Source of the DNA: Longimicrobiales bacterium
GTDB lineage: Bacteria > Gemmatimonadota > Gemmatimonadetes > Longimicrobiales > Gaopeijiaceae
Length of the DNA: 64,000 nt
Direction of reading: 5' to 3'
NCBI GenBank assembly: GCA_965116905.1
Contig: OZ220732.1
Location: forward strand, 2,624,001-2,688,000
In this document: piece by piece, positions 59,418 through 64,000 of the stretch
Position numbering within the stretch: position 1 is the first letter of the stretch
Layout of the letters: the number at the start of each line of letters is the position of its first letter
Notes under the pieces: model-generated
What the model saw: only the letters and a program-made list of their open reading frames with translations
Databases searched by the model: none
What the model was told of the DNA's origin: nothing
Program-made: the position numbers and the translations under genes

Positions 59418-61940
59418 TCAGACGCCGTACGGTACCCAGATGTTCTTGACCCGCGCGCCTTTGCGGAGGAGCATCTCCGTGTCGCGTCCGGTCGGCTCCA
59501 GCCAGTCCGCCGCGCCCTCGCGGTCCACCCACACCCTCTTGAGGTTGCCGGCGGACAGGCGCTCCGCTTCGGCGGAAAGGTCATCCGCCACGAAGTCCCA
59601 CAGCTGATCGACGTCGTCGTGCGAGGCCAGGGTCGGGACGACCTCGCCGTGGATCCCCGAAAGCATGTTCACTGTGCCGGGCGGCACGTCCGAAGTCTCC
59701 ATGACCTGCACCAGGTCGAGCGCGGGGATGGGAAGGCGCTGCGGGACCACGATCACCACGACGTTGCCCTGTGACAGCGCGGCGCCGACGGGTCCGATCA
59801 CGCCGGCAAGAGGGGCGCGTTCACCGCATCGGATCCCGATCGTGCCGACCGGTTCGTTCATGGCGAAGGTGACGTTGCGGAACGGAGTCGAGTGCACGCT
59901 GCCGTCGTACTTGTCGGCCCACGCCGCGAACGTGAAGAGGGACTGCACCGCGGCGTCGACCTCGGCCCCTGCGGCGCCGGCGTCCGTGCCGGTGGCGCGC
60001 TGGAGCGTCTGTGCGAATTCGTCCCGCCGCACCGCGAGGTTCTCCGCGAGGTAGTAGAGGATCTGGGCGCGCAGGTGGCCGCTCTGCCGCGACCATTTCA
60101 CCCGCGCTTTCGCTGCCGCCTCGACCGCGTTGCGGACGTCTTTGCGGTTACCGCGCGGCGCCTCGGCGTACACGGCGCCCGCGGAGTCGGCGACCGGCAG
60201 CGAGTAGCCGCCGTCCGGGCGCGCCTGCTTCCCCGCGATCCAGAGCTTGCGGGTTCGGTCGATGCCGGACTGGGAGGATGCGGTGCCGGCTGATTGCGGC
60301 GCGGGGTCGGCTGACGCAGGCGGGGGCTCCGACGGGGCCTGCGCGGCCGAAGCGGGCTCCGCGGCCGCGGTGGAGTCCGCCGCAGCCGCTGAACGCGTGG
60401 CCTGCGCGCGCGCCTCCGGTTTCAGGTATTCCCACATCCCCTCGCGTCCGCCCTCGCGGCCGAAGCCCGACTCGCGATAGCCCCCGAACCCGGAAGCGGC
60501 GTCGAACATGTTCGTGCAGTTGACCCACACCGTGCCGGCCTTGATTCCCGGAGCCACGTCGAGCGCCAGGCTCATGTCCTCCGTCCAGATGCTGGCCGCC
60601 AGCCCGTAGCGCGTGTCGTTCGCCAGCGCGACGGCTTCGGCCGGTGTCCTGAACGTCAGGCTCACCAGAACGGGTCCGAAGACTTCCTCGGTGACGATGG
60701 TGCTCGACGGAGGGGCGCCGGTGCACAGGGTCGGCGGGAGGAACAGCCCGTCCTTCGGCAGGGGCCGGTCGGGCTGCCATATCTCCGCGCCGTCGGCCCT
60801 GCCGGCCTCCAGGTACCCCTGTACGCGGTCCATCTGCACGCGGTCCACGATCGCGCCCATGTCGATCGCCTTGTCCAGCGGATGCCCCACCCGGATAGTC
60901 TCCATGCGCGCCCGGAGACGGTCCAGCATCTCGGCCTCGACGCTCTCCTGCACCAGCAGCCGCGACCCGGCGCAGCACACCTGGCCCTGGTTGAACCAGA
61001 CCCCGTCCACCACGCCCTCGACGGCCGCGTCCAGATCGGCGCTGTCGAAGACGACGAAGGGAGACTTGCCGCCCAGCTCAAGCGAAAGGTGCTTGCCCGT
61101 GCCGGCGGTCACCCGCCTGATCTCGCGCCCCACCTCGGTGGATCCCGTAAACGCGATCTTGCCCGTCCCGGGGTGACGCACGACGGCGGCGCCTGTCGCT
61201 CCGCCCCCGGTGACGACGTTGAGCACACCCCGAGGCAGCCCGGCTTCGTCGGCGACCTCGGCGAAGAGCAGTGCCGAAAGCGGCGTGTATTCGGCGGGCT
61301 TGAGGACGACCGTGCACCCCGCGGCCAGTGCCGGCGCGACCTTCCACGCCAGCATGAGCAACGGGAAGTTCCACGGAATGATCTGTCCCACGACGCCCAC
61401 GGGCTCGTATCCCGGGAACTCCGAAGGAGCGAGCTGGGCCCAGCCGGCGTGGTGGTAGAAGTGCCGGATCGCGAGGGGGATGTCCAGGTCGCGTGATTCC
61501 CGCACGGGCTTGCCGTTGTCCAGCGACTCGACCACCGCGAACAGCCGGGACCGCTTCTGCAGCTGTCTGGCCAGCCGGTACATGTGGCGCGCGCGGGCGT
61601 GGCCGCCAATTTCCTGCCAGGACCCGAGGGCGTCCTCCGCCGCCGTGACGGCCCGGTCAACATCGTCGGCCGTGCCGTCGCGGAAGCCGGCGAGGAGCCG
61701 TCCGTCCGCCGGACAGCGTGTGCGTCGAATGTCGCCCGAGCCCTGGGTCCAGGTCCCTCCGACGTAGTGCCCGAAGACCCGCTCGCCGCCTTCCAGCCAC
61801 TCCGTGGCCATGTCGTCGCCTTCAGGCGCCGGTCCGTAGCGGGGGCTCTGAAAGGCCTCGTGGACACGCGACGCCGACGCGCTTGCGGCCGGAGGCTGGT
61901 CGTCGGCGCGGCCGCGCCTCGTGGCGCCCTGGCGGGTCAT
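59418..61940 (-). CDS. Two-domain aldehyde dehydrogenase (ALDH16-like)
   Basis: IIPWNFPL, KPAE, FTGST, LELGGKSP, GQVCCAGSR, EEVFGP; second partial ALDH domain ending KNIWVPYG. Confidence 0.9.
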   Translation of the reverse strand: MTRQGATRRGRADDQPPAASASASRVHEAFQSPRYGPAPEGDDMATEWLEGGERVFGHYVGGTWTQGSGDIRRTRCPADGRLLAGFRDGTADDVDRAVTAAEDALGSWQEIGGHARARHMYRLARQLQKRSRLFAVVESLDNGKPVRESRDLDIPLAIRHFYHHAGWAQLAPSEFPGYEPVGVVGQIIPWNFPLLMLAWKVAPALAAGCTVVLKPAEYTPLSALLFAEVADEAGLPRGVLNVVTGGGATGAAVVRHPGTGKIAFTGSTEVGREIRRVTAGTGKHLSLELGGKSPFVVFDSADLDAAVEGVVDGVWFNQGQVCCAGSRLLVQESVEAEMLDRLRARMETIRVGHPLDKAIDMGAIVDRVQMDRVQGYLEAGRADGAEIWQPDRPLPKDGLFLPPTLCTGAPPSSTIVTEEVFGPVLVSLTFRTPAEAVALANDTRYGLAASIWTEDMSLALDVAPGIKAGTVWVNCTNMFDAASGFGGYRESGFGREGGREGMWEYLKPEARAQATRSAAAADSTAAAEPASAAQAPSEPPPASADPAPQSAGTASSQSGIDRTRKLWIAGKQARPDGGYSLPVADSAGAVYAEAPRGNRKDVRNAVEAAAKARVKWSRQSGHLRAQILYYLAENLAVRRDEFAQTLQRATGTDAGAAGAEVDAAVQSLFTFAAWADKYDGSVHSTPFRNVTFAMNEPVGTIGIRCGERAPLAGVIGPVGAALSQGNVVVIVVPQRLPIPALDLVQVMETSDVPPGTVNMLSGIHGEVVPTLASHDDVDQLWDFVADDLSAEAERLSAGNLKRVWVDREGAADWLEPTGRDTEMLLRKGARVKNIWVPYGV

Positions 61941-61955
61941 GGCGAGTGTGCTCCT

Positions 61956-62996
61956 CTACCCCAGGGGATGCCGGTGAAACGCCGAGTAGCGGCCGGTGAC
62001 GTGGTGCTCGAGCTGCCGCTCGATGTCCGCAAGCAGCGAACTGGCGCCGATCCGGAAGAGGCGCGGGTCCATCCAGGCGTCCCCCAGCTCCTCCTTGACC
62101 AGAATCAGCCACGCCAGCGCGTCCTTCGCCGTCTTCAGCCCGCCGGCCGCCTTCAGCCCGACCCGGACGCCGGTTGCCCGTTGGTAGTCCCGAATCGCGC
62201 GCGCCAGCACGATGCCCACGGGCAGGGTCGCGTTGACCGGTTCCTTGCCGGTGGAGGTCTTCACGAAGTCCGCACCGGCCATCATGGCGACGGTCGCTGC
62301 CCGCTTCACGTTGGCCAGGGTCCCGAGCTCCCCGGTCGCCAGAATCACCTTGACGTGCGCGTCGCCGCAGGCCTCGCGGAAGCCCGCGACCTCGTCGTAG
62401 AGCCGTTCCCAGCCCCCGCCGAGCACCGAACCTCGGGTGATCACCACGTCGACCTCCTCGGCCCCCGCGGTGACGGACTCGCGAATCTCGGCGACCCGGG
62501 TCGCGAAGGGCGACAGGCCGGCGGGGAAGCCGGTCGAGACCGCGGCCACGGGGATGCCGCTCCCGGCGAGCGCTTCACAGGCCGTGGGAACGAGCGCGTG
62601 GTAGACGCAAACGGCCGCGGCCCTGACGTCGGTGGGCGGGACGCCCAGAGCGGCCAGGATGTCGGCCCGTACCGGGCGTCTGGCCTTCCCGCAGAGGCGT
62701 CGCACCCTCCCGGCGGTGTCGTCTCCCGCCAGCGTCGTCAGGTCGATCATGGTGACGGCGCGAAGGAGCCATCCGGCCTGCCAGTCGCGCTTGACGGAAC
62801 GGCGCGTGGTCAGCGTGCGGGCCCGGTGGTCCGCGGCGAAGCGGTTGACGCGCACGTCGCGCACCGCCCTGAGGTCGAGGGGCGTGCCCGGATTGCGGGG
62901 AAGCGCGGTTGCCCTGGCCGCAGGCGCGGCCTCGTGACCCCCCGGGCTGTATCCGACCGATGTTGCTTGATCGCGCACGACCATCCGTTCCGTCAA
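61956..62996 (-). CDS. deoC: Deoxyribose-phosphate aldolase (start may be ATG at 62984)
   Basis: IDLTTL, AAVCVY, GFPAG, KVILATGEL, ADFVKTSTGK, KAAGG, RIGASSL. Confidence 0.95.
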   Translation of the reverse strand: MTERMVVRDQATSVGYSPGGHEAAPAARATALPRNPGTPLDLRAVRDVRVNRFAADHRARTLTTRRSVKRDWQAGWLLRAVTMIDLTTLAGDDTAGRVRRLCGKARRPVRADILAALGVPPTDVRAAAVCVYHALVPTACEALAGSGIPVAAVSTGFPAGLSPFATRVAEIRESVTAGAEEVDVVITRGSVLGGGWERLYDEVAGFREACGDAHVKVILATGELGTLANVKRAATVAMMAGADFVKTSTGKEPVNATLPVGIVLARAIRDYQRATGVRVGLKAAGGLKTAKDALAWLILVKEELGDAWMDPRLFRIGASSLLADIERQLEHHVTGRYSAFHRHPLG

Positions 62997-63070
62997 GGTG
63001 GCGAGCAGTTGCCGTGTCAGCCAAGATAACCTGTTCGGGTTACGGATTCGAAGCCTTGAGGAGTGGAGCG

Positions 63071-64000
63071 TTGGAGGGATCGCCGAGCCGGATCGCCACC
63101 CTGATCACCCGGCTGGTCGGGATGGCGGCGGGGCTCTTCTACCGCGTCGACACGCACGGGCCACAGCTTCCCGCGGGACCGGTGCTGGTTGCCGCGAATC
63201 ATCCGAACAGCCTGCTCGACCCCGTGCTGATCATGCGCTGCAGCGGACGCTACGTCCGGGCTCTGGGGCGGGCGCCGCTCTTCGATCAGCCGCTGCTGGG
63301 TTCGGTGCTTCGATCCCTCGGGGCCATCCCGGTCTACCGGCGACAGGACGATCCCGACGCGATGCACCTCAACGAGCACATGTTCCGGGCGGCGGTCCAG
63401 GCGCTCCAGGAGGGCGGCGCGATTCAGATCTTCCCGGAAGGCAAGAGCCACTCCGGCGCGCAGATCGCCGAACTCCGCACGGGGGCCGCGCGCATCGCGC
63501 TGCAGGCGGAAGCGGCCGGCGACTGGGGACTGGGGCTCTCGATCGTTCCGGTCGGCATCACCTATTCGCGCAAGGAGCGGGCCCGGACCCCGGTGACCGT
63601 ACGGTACGGCCGCGCGCTCGCTTGTGCGGACCTGGAGGAGGTGTACCGCAGCGACCCGTTGGAGGCGGCGCGCATCCTCACCGCGCGGATCGAGGCCGGC
63701 ATTCGCAGACAGACGCTGAACTTCGTGCATCACGGGGACCGCGAACTCGTGGAGGTGGCGGAGCAGCTCTATGTGCGGGAATTCCGGTGGGTGCCGTGGC
63801 GCGCTCGCGAGCAGCTGGGCGTGCGCTTCCCGCGTCTGCAGCGTTTCGCGGCGGGCCTGGAGTGGATTCGCCGGGAGGCGCCGGAGGAGCACCGTGCGCT
63901 GCGGAGCAAGGTGGAGCGCTACGCCGCGCTCACTGAGCGGGTCGGTGCGGGGGAGGGGGACGTGCCACCCCGCTTCGGCCTGGTTCCGGTGGCCCGCTAC
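63071..64000 (+). CDS. PlsC-like acyltransferase, partial (runs off the window end)
   Basis: VLVAANHPNSLLDP (HxxxxD), GAIPVYRRQD, IFPEGKSH, IVPVG; not in ORF track because no stop occurs in the window. Confidence 0.85.
   Translation, partial: MEGSPSRIATLITRLVGMAAGLFYRVDTHGPQLPAGPVLVAANHPNSLLDPVLIMRCSGRYVRALGRAPLFDQPLLGSVLRSLGAIPVYRRQDDPDAMHLNEHMFRAAVQALQEGGAIQIFPEGKSHSGAQIAELRTGAARIALQAEAAGDWGLGLSIVPVGITYSRKERARTPVTVRYGRALACADLEEVYRSDPLEAARILTARIEAGIRRQTLNFVHHGDRELVEVAEQLYVREFRWVPWRAREQLGVRFPRLQRFAAGLEWIRREAPEEHRALRSKVERYAALTERVGAGEGDVPPRFGLVPVARY

Overview
GC-rich bacterial chromosome segment. Gene content (SusC/SusD pair, VPS10/BNR protein, FlgD-Ig/CTD-like protein, rpsA-pcc-argS-purM-rib-PTS-metK order) suggests Gemmatimonadota; this is an inference. 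Positions 1-51 kb are mostly intact housekeeping and envelope genes: rpsA 3' end, propionyl-CoA carboxylase/methylmalonyl-CoA mutase cluster, argS, purM, rib operon plus nusB, hpf-hprK-PTS, metK, recO, selB, dusB, tmRNA (tag ANNDLALAA), lspA, mlaEFD, a metallopeptidase/beta-propeller/Omp85 fusion, and susC/susD. Positions 55.7-64 kb hold a VPS10/BNR protein, a two-domain aldehyde dehydrogenase plus deoC, and an acyltransferase that runs off the window end. Between them (51.2-55.7 kb) is a decayed accessory patch with a multiheme cytochrome c/TPR pseudogene and three different IS remnants. Inside that patch is an intact, lower-GC two-gene unit with a TTGACA-17-TAACTT promoter, a membrane-anchored CxxS thioredoxin-fold protein, a secreted 6-Cys micropeptide and three consecutive hairpins. 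This unit is the best candidate for an undescribed system. Also notable are CTAG-based palindromes at gene ends, tandem duplications spanning stop codons, a RibBA whose cyclohydrolase domain lacks its zinc cysteines, and a probable CTG start. No CRISPR, rRNA or tRNA was found.
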